Source: Gammaproteobacteria bacterium
Lineage (GTDB): Bacteria > Pseudomonadota > Gammaproteobacteria > UBA4575
NCBI GenBank assembly: GCA_965222615.1
Contig: CBDCUI010000007.1
Span: forward strand, 192,001 to 256,000
Direction: 5' to 3'
DNA length: 64,000 nucleotides
Position numbers and translations under genes: made by a program. Positions 51,206 through 61,078 of this stretch are shown one piece after another (within the stretch, counting starts at the first letter, position 1; every line of letters starts with the position of its first letter). Below the pieces are notes generated by a model. It saw only the letters and a program-made list of their open reading frames with translations. It was not told where the DNA came from and made no database searches.

Positions 51206-51622
51206 ATGGAACGATTAGCAGATATTAAAGTAAAGCTGGAACCTGATGTTGAAATTACTGCAGAAAATAAATGCGGTTATTGCACGAACTCCTATTGTTG
51301 CACTTATGTAACAGAAGAACTGACTGCACCTAAGAGTAAAGAAGACTACGAGCATATGCTGTGGCAAGTATCACACGAGGGTGTAGAGGTATATAAAGAT
51401 GACGAGGGCTGGTGGATGATGGTATCCGGCCGCTGTACTCATTTACAAAAAGATGGTGGGTGTGGAATTTATGAAGTTCGGCCGCAAATCTGCCGAGATC
51501 ATACAAATGACTATTGCGAATTCGACTCGCCGGCAGAAGATGACTACGACTTGTATTTCCCCGATTACGAAACTTTGTTGAAATATTGCAAAAAACGATT
51601 TAAACGCTGGAAACGTGGGTAA
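51206..51622 (+). CDS. YkgJ family cysteine-cluster protein
   Basis: CGYC...CC, C.HL...GCGIYEVRPQICR, DYCEFD. Confidence 0.9.
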   Translation: MERLADIKVKLEPDVEITAENKCGYCTNSYCCTYVTEELTAPKSKEDYEHMLWQVSHEGVEVYKDDEGWWMMVSGRCTHLQKDGGCGIYEVRPQICRDHTNDYCEFDSPAEDDYDLYFPDYETLLKYCKKRFKRWKRG

Positions 51623-51673
51623 CTTTAGTTCACATATTGACCCTAAGGCTAAATTTTTGAGTAAGAGATTACT

Positions 51674-52336
51674 TCACTTCGGCATAATCTGAGCAAAATC
51701 GGTTATTGCGCGATAATGCAAAGTATCTTGCTCAGGCTTTGAGCTATCAGGTTTTTTAACAGTAATCAAATATTCAATACCAAACTTTTCTGCAGCAGCA
51801 AGCACTTCAAGATTATCATCTATAAATAACGTAGTAGTTGGATCAAAAGGTTCAGTTTGCATCAGTTTATCCCAAAATAATGGCTCTTCTTTAGAATATC
51901 CAAAATCATGTGAAGAAATAACATTATCGAAGTACCCCTCCAGCTGTACAGTATCCATTTTGATGACAACGCTATCGCGGTGTGCATTGGTAGCCAATAC
52001 TATGCGTTTATTACAATCCAACAACCGTGCAAGGAATTTCTCAACATTTGGAAAAATTTGGATACGATGTGAAATCTCATGCTTTAAAGCCAAGATATCT
52101 AACTTGAGGGCATTGGTCCAATAGTCAGTACAATACCAATCTAATGTGCCAGATTTGCTTTGGTAATGCGCTTTGAGTTGTTGTTTAGCAGATTCAAAAT
52201 CAATATTATGTTTTTGACTGTATCGTAATGGAACATGTTCGTGCCAAAAGTAATTATCAAAATATAGATCAAGTAACGTACCATCCATATCTAAAAAGAC
52301 AGTTGTTACTTTTTTCCAGTCCATTGGTATTTGCAT
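51674..52336 (-). CDS. yrfG: GMP/IMP nucleotidase (HAD)
   Basis: LDMDGTLLDLYFDNYFW, LDWYC, TNAH, FIDD. Confidence 0.94.
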   Translation of the reverse strand: MQIPMDWKKVTTVFLDMDGTLLDLYFDNYFWHEHVPLRYSQKHNIDFESAKQQLKAHYQSKSGTLDWYCTDYWTNALKLDILALKHEISHRIQIFPNVEKFLARLLDCNKRIVLATNAHRDSVVIKMDTVQLEGYFDNVISSHDFGYSKEEPLFWDKLMQTEPFDPTTTLFIDDNLEVLAAAEKFGIEYLITVKKPDSSKPEQDTLHYRAITDFAQIMPK

Positions 52337-52368
52337 ATTTCTACTAATACACCATAATTGTTTAGATT

Positions 52369-53184
52369 ATGGAAATTAATAATATACTGCTAGAAAAACT
52401 CGTCAATCCAGTTTGTGAAATAGCCAAACAAGCTGGCACAGAAATCCTAAAAATCTATCAAGAAGGTTTTGAGATTGAAGAAAAAAAAGATAATTCCCCG
52501 CTAACTTCTGCCGACCTTGCATCGCACACGCTAATCATTGAGCGCTTGAAACAACTAACTCCTGAAATTCCCATTCTTTCGGAAGAATCAAGTTCAATAC
52601 CTTATGCAGAACGCGCGAGTTGGAACTGTTATTGGCTTATTGATCCACTTGATGGGACGCGTGAATTTATTAAAAGAAATGGTGAATTTACCGTAAATAT
52701 TGCCTTAATAACGAATCAAACGGCTGTACTAGGTGTGGTCTATATACCTGTGCAAGACATTACGTATTATGCATCCAGTGGTAATGGTGCCTATAAACAA
52801 ATCAATAATCAGGCAGCCATGAAAATTAGCACTCGACAATCTACACCTGGCAGCAAACCAACCATATGTGGTAGTCGTTCCCACGCTGGTGAATCATTAA
52901 AAGAACTGCTTGCACAAATTGGTGAGTACGAACTGATCAGCATGGGCAGTTCTATAAAAATGTGTCTGGTCGCGGAAGGCAAAGCGGATATCTACCCACG
53001 TTTTGGGCCCACTTCTGAATGGGATACGGCCGCTGCACATTGTGTCGTTGGTGAAGCTGGCGGTATGCTAGTAGATACTAAATTAGAAACTTTAAAATAT
53101 AACACTAAAGACTCGTTACTAAATCCATCTTTTATGGCCATTGGCGATATGAATACACAATGGCGTGAATTACTGTTGCGTTAA
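52369..53184 (+). CDS. cysQ: 3'(2'),5'-bisphosphate nucleotidase
   Basis: LSEE, DPLDGTREF, EFTVNIAL, PTSEWDTAA. Confidence 0.97.
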   Translation: MEINNILLEKLVNPVCEIAKQAGTEILKIYQEGFEIEEKKDNSPLTSADLASHTLIIERLKQLTPEIPILSEESSSIPYAERASWNCYWLIDPLDGTREFIKRNGEFTVNIALITNQTAVLGVVYIPVQDITYYASSGNGAYKQINNQAAMKISTRQSTPGSKPTICGSRSHAGESLKELLAQIGEYELISMGSSIKMCLVAEGKADIYPRFGPTSEWDTAAAHCVVGEAGGMLVDTKLETLKYNTKDSLLNPSFMAIGDMNTQWRELLLR

Positions 53185-53336
53185 TTACATTTACGAGAAT
53201 AGGTGCTTACAAACATAACTAGATTACTAGTTAAACACAAAGTTCGTGAAGACTTGGCACACAACCAACTATCCTAGTTGCCACTTAGAAATTGAGAAAA
53301 GGTAATTACAAAGCCAACCCTGTATCTCTTTTAACC

Positions 53337-53756
53337 TTAGAAGGATGGAAAACTTCCATCTAAAAACCAATTTTCAGCTTCTTCAAAATACCACCAATCT
53401 TGACTATCACGAATGGTCTTAACTTGATTTTGGGTTTCATAGTAATAAGAGATCTCCGCGTCAATCTTAGCCGTTTTATAATCTTCGTTAATCTGAGCAT
53501 GTTTAATTTTATAATCAACGATGCGTAGCTCTTTGTAATCATCAAGATTCACAGTAACGGGTGATTCATCTTTATGTCGTATCATATTTGCCGCCGCTTC
53601 ATATTCTTTCCAACGTAGTAATCTTCCATATAAGCGGGTTCTCTCGTCAAATGTATTTAATGTTTTCTGATTTTTCTGAGATGCACAACCACTTTGCAAT
53701 ACACAGGCTATACTTATGCATAGAATATTAATAATAATAGATTGATAGTTAAACAT
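53337..53756 (-). CDS. Putative lipoprotein
   Basis: Hydrophobic N-terminus with lipobox-like LQSGC; NTF2-like composition. Confidence 0.75.
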   Translation of the reverse strand: MFNYQSIIINILCISIACVLQSGCASQKNQKTLNTFDERTRLYGRLLRWKEYEAAANMIRHKDESPVTVNLDDYKELRIVDYKIKHAQINEDYKTAKIDAEISYYYETQNQVKTIRDSQDWWYFEEAENWFLDGSFPSF

Positions 53757-53808
53757 TATTTATCTTTATGAAACAGTTCTAACTATAGAAAAACCAAGTG
53801 GCTTAACT

Positions 53809-54825
53809 TTACCAACCGTGCAGTACAATTTTGCCTATTGCATGCTTGCCTTCAATTACCGCATGTGCAGCCTTCAGATTTTTAGCATTAATAGGTTCTA
53901 GTATCTCATTAATGGTTGTGTTCACTTTACCTTCATCAGCTAAAGCAGATACTCGATTCAATATATGATGCTGTTCAATCATATCATCGGTTTTATACAT
54001 AGAGCGGGTAAACATGAATTCCCAAGCAAAGGTTGCGCTTTTACTTTTAAGTGCACCTAAATCTACTTCCGCAGCAGTTTCAACGATAGAACAAATTTTT
54101 CCTTGCGGCGCAATGACACTTGCCATAGATTGCCAATGCCCATCTGTATCGTTGAGACACAAAATGTAGTCGTAGTTTTCTATACCCAGTTCATGCGCTT
54201 GCTCTGTAATGTCGAGATAGTGATTAATAATGTGGTCAACACTCAGTTCTTTACACCATTTTCGTGACTCTGGTCTTGAGGCAGTGGAGGTGACCGTGAG
54301 CTTAGCCACTTGTTTAGCAAATTGTGCCGCGATGGAACCAACTCCTCCAGCTCCACCTATAATTAATAACTGTTTATTACTATCGGCTCCAGAACTATCG
54401 ATTCCCAAACGATCAAATAATGCTTCCCAAGCGGTGATACTGGTAAGCGGTAAAGCAGCCGCTTCAGCAAAATTTAACTTTTGTGGTTTGTTCCCTACAA
54501 TACGCTCATCCACTGTATGCAGTTCACTATTACAGCCTGGCTGGACAAAACTTCCAGCATAAAACACTTCATCACCCGGACTAAATAATTCAACATTCGG
54601 GCCAACCGCTTCCACTATGCCTGCGGCATCCCAACCAAGAATTCTAGGACTTTCTTCCACTTTGTCTTGTGGTGCACGCATTTTCGTATCGACTGGGTTA
54701 ACCCCTACTGCATGTACCCTAACCAGTAATTCCCTATCCTTTGGACTAGGAGTTTCAATCTCAACATCTAACAATGATTCGGCATGACCAATAGGTAAAT
54801 ATTTATACAACCCGACTGCTTTCAA
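53809..54825 (-). CDS. Zinc-binding alcohol dehydrogenase / quinone oxidoreductase-like protein
   Basis: VNPVDTK, LGWDAAG, ALPLTSITAWE, GGAGGVGS, WEFMFTRS. Confidence 0.95.
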   Translation of the reverse strand: MKAVGLYKYLPIGHAESLLDVEIETPSPKDRELLVRVHAVGVNPVDTKMRAPQDKVEESPRILGWDAAGIVEAVGPNVELFSPGDEVFYAGSFVQPGCNSELHTVDERIVGNKPQKLNFAEAAALPLTSITAWEALFDRLGIDSSGADSNKQLLIIGGAGGVGSIAAQFAKQVAKLTVTSTASRPESRKWCKELSVDHIINHYLDITEQAHELGIENYDYILCLNDTDGHWQSMASVIAPQGKICSIVETAAEVDLGALKSKSATFAWEFMFTRSMYKTDDMIEQHHILNRVSALADEGKVNTTINEILEPINAKNLKAAHAVIEGKHAIGKIVLHGW

Positions 54826-54968
54826 AGCTCTTCTCCATTTAATGTTAATGATATTAATTTTTTAGCATACAGTATTTCGTATGATATAAGCAGACACTCG
54901 CTACAATATTATTTCATATTATGAATCACCTCTAGCAGACGATAGAATATACACTTATCAAAAACCCA

Positions 54969-55586
54969 ATGGCCAATACGATGACTCAAATTGCATGTCA
55001 TGGATGTGACCTGCTTTTAAAGCTTCCACCAATTAAGGAAGGAGAGCGTGCATATTGCCCAAGATGTAACCATTTGCTTTGCTCTAATCCCACCAACGGT
55101 CTAGAACGCGCACTGGCCTTTGCTTCAGCAGGGATTGCCTTCTTGTACCTGGCAAATATTTTTCCATTTCTTGCATTTCATGCTAAAGGACGTCAGCAAG
55201 TAATGACGCTTTTACAAAGCTCCATAGAGTTATATCGCAATGGCAGTGAATTTCTAGCAGCTTTTGTATTGGTATTCATTATTATTGCACCCGCTTTATT
55301 ACTTTGCTGCATCATTTGGACACTTACACCATTAGTGTTCAAAGGCAAGCGCGCACCTTGGGCCTATTGGCTAGGTCGTCTTATCTTTCAAGCCTCGCCT
55401 TGGAGCATGGCTGAGATTTTTCTGATCGGTATTTTGGTAAGCTTAACAAAAATTGCTTCTTTAGCGACTGTGGTACTTGGGATTTCTTTCTGGGGATATA
55501 TCGGTTTTACACTCTGTTTTACCCTGGCTATGGCAAGTCTTGATAAACATCATTTTTGGAATGCATTAGATAAAGCTCGTACATGA
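54969..55586 (+). CDS. pqiA: Paraquat-inducible protein A, N-half
   Basis: CHGCD..CPRC, ANIFPF, PWSMAEIF. Confidence 0.93.
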   Translation: MANTMTQIACHGCDLLLKLPPIKEGERAYCPRCNHLLCSNPTNGLERALAFASAGIAFLYLANIFPFLAFHAKGRQQVMTLLQSSIELYRNGSEFLAAFVLVFIIIAPALLLCCIIWTLTPLVFKGKRAPWAYWLGRLIFQASPWSMAEIFLIGILVSLTKIASLATVVLGISFWGYIGFTLCFTLAMASLDKHHFWNALDKART

Positions 55587-56191
55587 ATACTGCAGCAGCA
55601 ACCGGTCTCGCAAACTGTCAAGTATGTGGCAAACTTTCGGATACTAAACTAATACATTGCCCTCGTTGTAATTCTAGCTTATATCTAAGAAAGCCAAATA
55701 GTATTCAGCATGTAATAGCACTGTTGATTACCGCATGTATTTTATATGTGCCCGCTAATATATTGCCGATAACGACTACTACTCAATTAGGCCGTGAAAT
55801 TCAAAGTACTATTATCGGAGGAGTTATCCATTTATGGGAACTAGGTTCCCATCCAGTAGCTATAATTATATTCATTGCTAGCATTTTAGTACCAATTGCA
55901 AAAATTATTGCTTTATTTTGGCTATGTTGGAGTGTTGCTTATAAACATATACACAGACGCAAGGAGCGTACACTACTTTATCGCGTCACTGAGTTTGTTG
56001 GTCGTTGGTCTATGATAGATGTGTTTGTAGTTGCCATTCTAGTTGCCTTAATTCAGCTTGGAGGAATTTTAACAATACAACCTGGCGGTGCAGCTTTGGC
56101 ATTTGCTGCAGTGGTAATCATTACGATGTTTGCGGCATTCGCATTTGATCCAAGATTAATTTGGGATGCCGCAGAGCCTGGAAAAGTCTAG
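55583..56191 (+). CDS. pqiA: Paraquat-inducible protein A, C-half
   Basis: CQVC..CPRC, YVPAN, GRWSMIDVFVV, FDPRLIWD. Confidence 0.94.
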   Translation: MNTAAATGLANCQVCGKLSDTKLIHCPRCNSSLYLRKPNSIQHVIALLITACILYVPANILPITTTTQLGREIQSTIIGGVIHLWELGSHPVAIIIFIASILVPIAKIIALFWLCWSVAYKHIHRRKERTLLYRVTEFVGRWSMIDVFVVAILVALIQLGGILTIQPGGAALAFAAVVIITMFAAFAFDPRLIWDAAEPGKV

Positions 56192-56194
56192 CGA

Positions 56195-57835
56195 ATGTCC
56201 GAACATCCCGAAGCTGTAATAACTGCTCGACACAAGCTACCTGCAATATGGATTGTTCCAATTATTGCATTGCTTCTGGGAGCTTGGATGGTACTCAATC
56301 ATTACCTTACTCGAGGACCTGAAGTTTCGATTACTTTCTCAACCGCAGAAGGAATAGAGGCAGAAAAAACTAAAATCAAAGCCTTAAATGTTGATGTAGG
56401 TTTGGTGGAAAGCGTGCAATTAAATTCAAACCTTGAAGGCGTCACGGTAATTGCCCGTATTGAACGTGAAGCTGCCTCGTTATTGCGGGAAGACTCCAGC
56501 TTTTGGGTGGTACGCCCACGCATTGGCGCATCAGGTATCACTGGATTAAATACCCTATTATCAGGCGCATACATTGAACTAGCGCCGGGCAAAGGCAAAG
56601 AAGGTAAACGATATTTTCTAGGTCTAGAAGAAGCCCCGGTGACACCGATGACGACTCCAGGTCTGCATCTAACTTTAATAAGCGATGACGCAGGTTCCGT
56701 AAATACGGGAGATCCAGTCTTATATCGTGGCTATCGCGTTGGCCGTATAGAAAATACAAAATTTGATACCGTGTCGCAAAAACTACACGCAAATATTTTT
56801 ATTGAATCGCCTTATGACAACCTTGTTAACAGCAATACAAGATTTTGGAATAGCAGCGGGATTTCATTCAATGCTACTGCCAGCGGTGTCTCTCTACAAA
56901 CCAGTTCGATTGAATCTTTATTACTGGGGGGAGTAGCTTTTGATTTACCAAAAGGAGCAAACCCAGGCAATTCAGTTGATAATTACGAGCAATTTAAACT
57001 TTATCCAGATGCAAATAGTATTAATGAGCATCCTTTTCGACATTACATCGAGTATCTACTTTTGTTCGATAGCTCGGTTCGTGGATTAGTCGCAGGTGCT
57101 CCGGTTTTATATCGAGGTCTACAAATTGGTGCCGTCGTAGATGCCTCATTTAATTATTTACATATAGACATGGCTAGAACAGAAGGTCGTGCCGTGGATA
57201 TACCCGTGCTCATTCGCTTGGAACCTGGTAGGTGGCTAGGTGAAGATACTACACAAGCAAAAGCCAAAGCCATTGCTGATATACAGAAAAGTGTTATATC
57301 TGGAATGCGCGCAACATTAAAAACTGGCAGTCTGCTCACCGGCGCTTTATTAGTTTCATTAGATTTTTATGAAGATGTTGAACCAGCAAGCATAGGCAAA
57401 GCTGGCAAATACAATACCATTCCAACTATCTCTACAGGTTTAGAAGAGATACAAGTCAAAGTTACTGATTTGTTGGATAAATTAAATGAGTTACCATTGA
57501 CTACAGTTTTAAATGATATGGATGTGACCCTACAGCAAGTTGGACATACACTTACTGCAGCAAATAAAACTGTAAAAGATTTAAATAGTTTAATTGAAAG
57601 CAATGACACGCAGGATTTGCCTAAAACAATTAATACAACGCTGGATGAATTGAAATTAACCTTAAAGGGTTTGTCGCCTGATTCAGATCTTTATCAAGAC
57701 CTAAGCGATAGCGTAATTCAACTCAATGCTACTTTACGTAATATTGAACAACTCACTTATACAATTGACACAAGACCAAATTCGTTGTTTTTTTCTAAGC
57801 CTAAGCAAGAAGATTTGCAACCAAAGAATGAATAA
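56195..57835 (+). CDS. pqiB: Intermembrane transport protein PqiB (3 MCE domains)
   Basis: IWIVPIIAL, FWVVRPRI, LLSGAYIEL.PG, RFWNSSG, SVRGL..GAPV.YRG. Confidence 0.96.
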   Translation: MSEHPEAVITARHKLPAIWIVPIIALLLGAWMVLNHYLTRGPEVSITFSTAEGIEAEKTKIKALNVDVGLVESVQLNSNLEGVTVIARIEREAASLLREDSSFWVVRPRIGASGITGLNTLLSGAYIELAPGKGKEGKRYFLGLEEAPVTPMTTPGLHLTLISDDAGSVNTGDPVLYRGYRVGRIENTKFDTVSQKLHANIFIESPYDNLVNSNTRFWNSSGISFNATASGVSLQTSSIESLLLGGVAFDLPKGANPGNSVDNYEQFKLYPDANSINEHPFRHYIEYLLLFDSSVRGLVAGAPVLYRGLQIGAVVDASFNYLHIDMARTEGRAVDIPVLIRLEPGRWLGEDTTQAKAKAIADIQKSVISGMRATLKTGSLLTGALLVSLDFYEDVEPASIGKAGKYNTIPTISTGLEEIQVKVTDLLDKLNELPLTTVLNDMDVTLQQVGHTLTAANKTVKDLNSLIESNDTQDLPKTINTTLDELKLTLKGLSPDSDLYQDLSDSVIQLNATLRNIEQLTYTIDTRPNSLFFSKPKQEDLQPKNE

Positions 57836-58430
57836 AAAAACCTTATTCTGTTTAATACTAGTAATTAATGCTTGCACTAGCGATTTGCCTAGGCAAGACA
57901 CTCAGTATTTTTTGTTAATACCCAATCTGCCAACAAACTCAAATAGCGAGTCTGTTACATTAGAAGATAATCCAGAAATAAAAATCCTCTTACAACCGAT
58001 TAAGATTGCAGAATTCTTAGATCAACCTGGCATAGTATTACAAACTGATGAGCATCAAATTGATGTCGCCCATTACCACCGCTGGGGCGAACCTCTCAAA
58101 CGTAATTTACATCGATATATATTAGAAACACTGGCTACACAGATGCCAAACTACACTTTCCGAAATAGTAGTAAATTTAATACTGCTGCTAATCTTAAGC
58201 ATTTGCAGATTACTATTAACCAGTTTAATGGAACTGCTGATGGTATAGCATTATTATCGGGCAACTGGAGATTAATAGATAGTCATTCAAAAACCAGTAC
58301 GATGCAAAAGTCATTCTCATATCGTGAAAAACTAGCATCCGAAGGATACCTTGCATTGGTTAAAGAACTTGCTGCTTTATTGGATCATCTATGTCTTGAT
58401 ATCGCTAACTTAATACAAGCAAAAAGCTAA
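57828..58430 (+). CDS. pqiC: PqiC-type lipoprotein
   Basis: Start ATG 57828 overlapping the pqiB stop; lipobox INAC; FLDQPGIV..HRWGEPL. Confidence 0.85.
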   Translation: MNKKTLFCLILVINACTSDLPRQDTQYFLLIPNLPTNSNSESVTLEDNPEIKILLQPIKIAEFLDQPGIVLQTDEHQIDVAHYHRWGEPLKRNLHRYILETLATQMPNYTFRNSSKFNTAANLKHLQITINQFNGTADGIALLSGNWRLIDSHSKTSTMQKSFSYREKLASEGYLALVKELAALLDHLCLDIANLIQAKS

Positions 58431-58648
58431 TATAAATTACGCATAAGAATTGAACATGCGCACTAAACCTGATTCCTGTCAGTATATTTTTCATACAACT
58501 CTTTATGAATTTTGAAATCTTGTCAAATATCAGGGATTTGTAAAGCTTGCGTAGTACAAATAAATTTATTTTATTTTTATGAAATATTTGTTACACAGTA
58601 TGATAAGCCTATTGCTCATTAACTATAACAATAATAGCGAGATTGTGA

Positions 58649-58882
58649 ATGGCTACCATCATTACTGTATTGCGCGGCCCAGCACTCAGTAGCACTTTTA
58701 AATCTAATTCTTCTTGTATCCCTGAAAACACAGTCTACGAACGCGATGCACTTATTATTTTAGAAAATGACAAAATAACTGAATTTGGGCCTGCTGAAAA
58801 TCTCAGCAAAAAAATTCCTCAAGGTACTCATATTAAAACTCACAGTAATTGCAGATTTATAAAAACGGTCATCAATTCATAA
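58649..58882 (+). pseudogene. guaD: Truncated guanine deaminase / amidohydrolase N-terminus
   Basis: LRGPAL..YERDALIILENDKITEFGPA..L resembles the GuaD N-terminal beta domain; it stops before the PGFID.HxH motif. Confidence 0.55.
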
Positions 58883-58919
58883 AATGAGCAATTATTCCTT
58901 TTTAAATTAAACTGAGTAA

Positions 58920-60023
58920 GGCAGATTCTAGATCCAAGTGCACCACTAACTTAAGTGGCAGGACATGAATTCTTATCCAAGTAAAATGAGGTTTTCGAGA
59001 TCTTATTTTAGCAGGAGGGATTCATGTCCTACGTACATGTTAGCGCAAAAGAACGTCATACATTAATGTATTTGTTGCATCTTCGTTTCAGTTATCGAGA
59101 GATTGGACGTCGATTAGGCCGTCATCACAGCACCATCTCAAGAGAAGTCAAACGTAATGGTCGCAGGTCTGGTTGGAGTTATTGGGATGAATACGCGCAG
59201 TGCCAAGCGCAACAGCGTAAACGTCAGCCTCGTCATCGGAGAAGACGAGATCATCAAACACTCTATAACAAGGTCATCGCGTACTTACGCCAAGGCTGGT
59301 CCCCGGATGCCATCAGTGGCTGGTTGCGCAGACATTACAAGAAGCGTTCTCGCGTACAGGTCTGCACAGAAACGATTTATCAGTGGATCTATTGTGATGC
59401 CCAAACAGGCGGCACGTTATATCACTATTTAGCCTCGCAGCATAAGAAGCGCAAACGACAGCCTTTGAATAGGCTCAAAACGATCGGCATTTCACATCGA
59501 GTAGGGATTGAACATCGTCCTGATCATATTGAAAAAAGACAACGACTAGGCCATTGGGAAGGCGATACGGTGGAAGGGGCCAAAGGCTGTGGCGGTGTGG
59601 TGACCTTAGTCGAACGTAAAAGCCGGTTTCTTCTTGCAGGTTTGCTTAAAGACAAACAAGCCCTCACCTTTAGTCAAGTTTCACAACAAGCACTTAAAAA
59701 CATTCCAAGTACACTATGCAAAACATTGACCTTGGACAATGGGAAAGAAAATGTCCTGCATCAACAAATCAGCCAATCAAAAAAGATGAAGATCTATTTC
59801 ACCGATCCGTATTCACCTTGGCAACGCGGTACCAATGAACAAACCAATGGTTTATTGAGAAGAACCTTTCCTAAAGGAACTGATTTTCGTAAAGTATCTA
59901 AACAACAACTTAAAAAAGCCGTTAAACGCATTAATCAACGACCTCGTAAAATACTCAACTACTTAACACCTGAGGAAGTTTTTATGAATGCCGTGAATGG
60001 TGCACTTTGAATTGGAACTCGCC
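58920..60023 (+). mobile_element. IS30-family insertion sequence, 1104 bp
   Basis: 26-bp imperfect IRs GGCAGATTCTAGATCCAAGTGCACCA / TGGTGCACTTTGAATTGGAACTCGCC; flanking TAA direct repeat at 58917-19 and 60024-26. Confidence 0.93.
59024..60010 (+). CDS. IS30-family transposase
   Basis: REIGRRLGRHHSTISREVKRN HTH; HWEGDT, TLDNGKE, WQRGTNEQTNG DDE; INQRPRKILNY. Confidence 0.97.
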   Translation: MSYVHVSAKERHTLMYLLHLRFSYREIGRRLGRHHSTISREVKRNGRRSGWSYWDEYAQCQAQQRKRQPRHRRRRDHQTLYNKVIAYLRQGWSPDAISGWLRRHYKKRSRVQVCTETIYQWIYCDAQTGGTLYHYLASQHKKRKRQPLNRLKTIGISHRVGIEHRPDHIEKRQRLGHWEGDTVEGAKGCGGVVTLVERKSRFLLAGLLKDKQALTFSQVSQQALKNIPSTLCKTLTLDNGKENVLHQQISQSKKMKIYFTDPYSPWQRGTNEQTNGLLRRTFPKGTDFRKVSKQQLKKAVKRINQRPRKILNYLTPEEVFMNAVNGAL

Positions 60024-60040
60024 TAATAACATAGTATCAC

Positions 60041-61078
60041 TTAGTCAATTTCTATCTCTGCCACTGGAACTCCATGATCGGATACGATTCGATTAGATTC
60101 GTGCGCTGTTAGTGACCAATCTAATAAGTGGTCATTATAAATATGCTGATAAGTCACTTTCCCCATGCACTTTGGGTTGCGATGATAAAATTCTTGCGAA
60201 ACTAATATATGATCGAGTACATCTCTTCGGCCTCGATGAATATGGGTATAACCAAAATCTTTTAAGTCTTGTCGCGTTTGAATCGTGTTAGTGCTATACA
60301 AGAGTACATCCCAATATTTTCGTTTAATTTTTGACGTCCAACGAAAATCTGGGTGTTGTCCCGTTACAATCTGAGTACTGGTACTCTCGACAACATCATT
60401 AAGATCGCCTAATACGATTAAAGGTTGCCGAGTCTTTTTAATATCTTTTACGATCATTGCACGTAACGCAGTTGCCTCTATGCTACGTATGAGTTGTGCA
60501 CGCAGCGTACCCAGCGCTTGGTGAAACGGATTTTCAGAACTTTCATCTTCTTTATAAATCGGCCGCTTAGACTTCAAATGAGCCACATATACAACTACAA
60601 CAATATCTGTTTCAGGAAGTCGTATTTCAGCACGAATGGGAGGACGCTCAAATTGAGACAGAGGTACATCGATTAGCTGTTCTGAGCCATCTGGTAATTT
60701 ACTGGGAATTTGAAATTCCACTTTGTCTGGAAATTTTCTTATCGATTCGTAGCGCAAAATTTTAAATCTCGAGACCAGTCCCACTCTGGGTCGCACTGCC
60801 TTGCCTTCAAGTTCATTTTCTTCTGCTGTAGCCCCCGGTGATAGTACTTCTGCTGTGTTCGAAAAACTTTTAGCCTTAAAGATCGCTTGTTTTAAACTCG
60901 ATTCATGAAATACTTCTTGAAAACCAACAATATCTGGCTGAGATTGCTCTAACCTTTCGGCAATCCAGGTCAATTTTTCTTCATGCTCTTCAGCAGTAAA
61001 AGGCTTCTGTTCATAGAAACGTATTCCTGGACGAACTAAATTCAACAAATTAAAAGACGCTACGCGAAATATCATCAA
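60041..61078 (-). CDS. Endonuclease/exonuclease/phosphatase family protein
   Basis: [34 protein letters not shown]. Confidence 0.93.
   Translation of the reverse strand: MMIFRVASFNLLNLVRPGIRFYEQKPFTAEEHEEKLTWIAERLEQSQPDIVGFQEVFHESSLKQAIFKAKSFSNTAEVLSPGATAEENELEGKAVRPRVGLVSRFKILRYESIRKFPDKVEFQIPSKLPDGSEQLIDVPLSQFERPPIRAEIRLPETDIVVVVYVAHLKSKRPIYKEDESSENPFHQALGTLRAQLIRSIEATALRAMIVKDIKKTRQPLIVLGDLNDVVESTSTQIVTGQHPDFRWTSKIKRKYWDVLLYSTNTIQTRQDLKDFGYTHIHRGRRDVLDHILVSQEFYHRNPKCMGKVTYQHIYNDHLLDWSLTAHESNRIVSDHGVPVAEIEID

Noticed and set aside
54969-56191. pqiA split in two as a frameshift
   Set aside because: Two-gene PqiA with an ATGA overlap is a common arrangement and both halves are intact.
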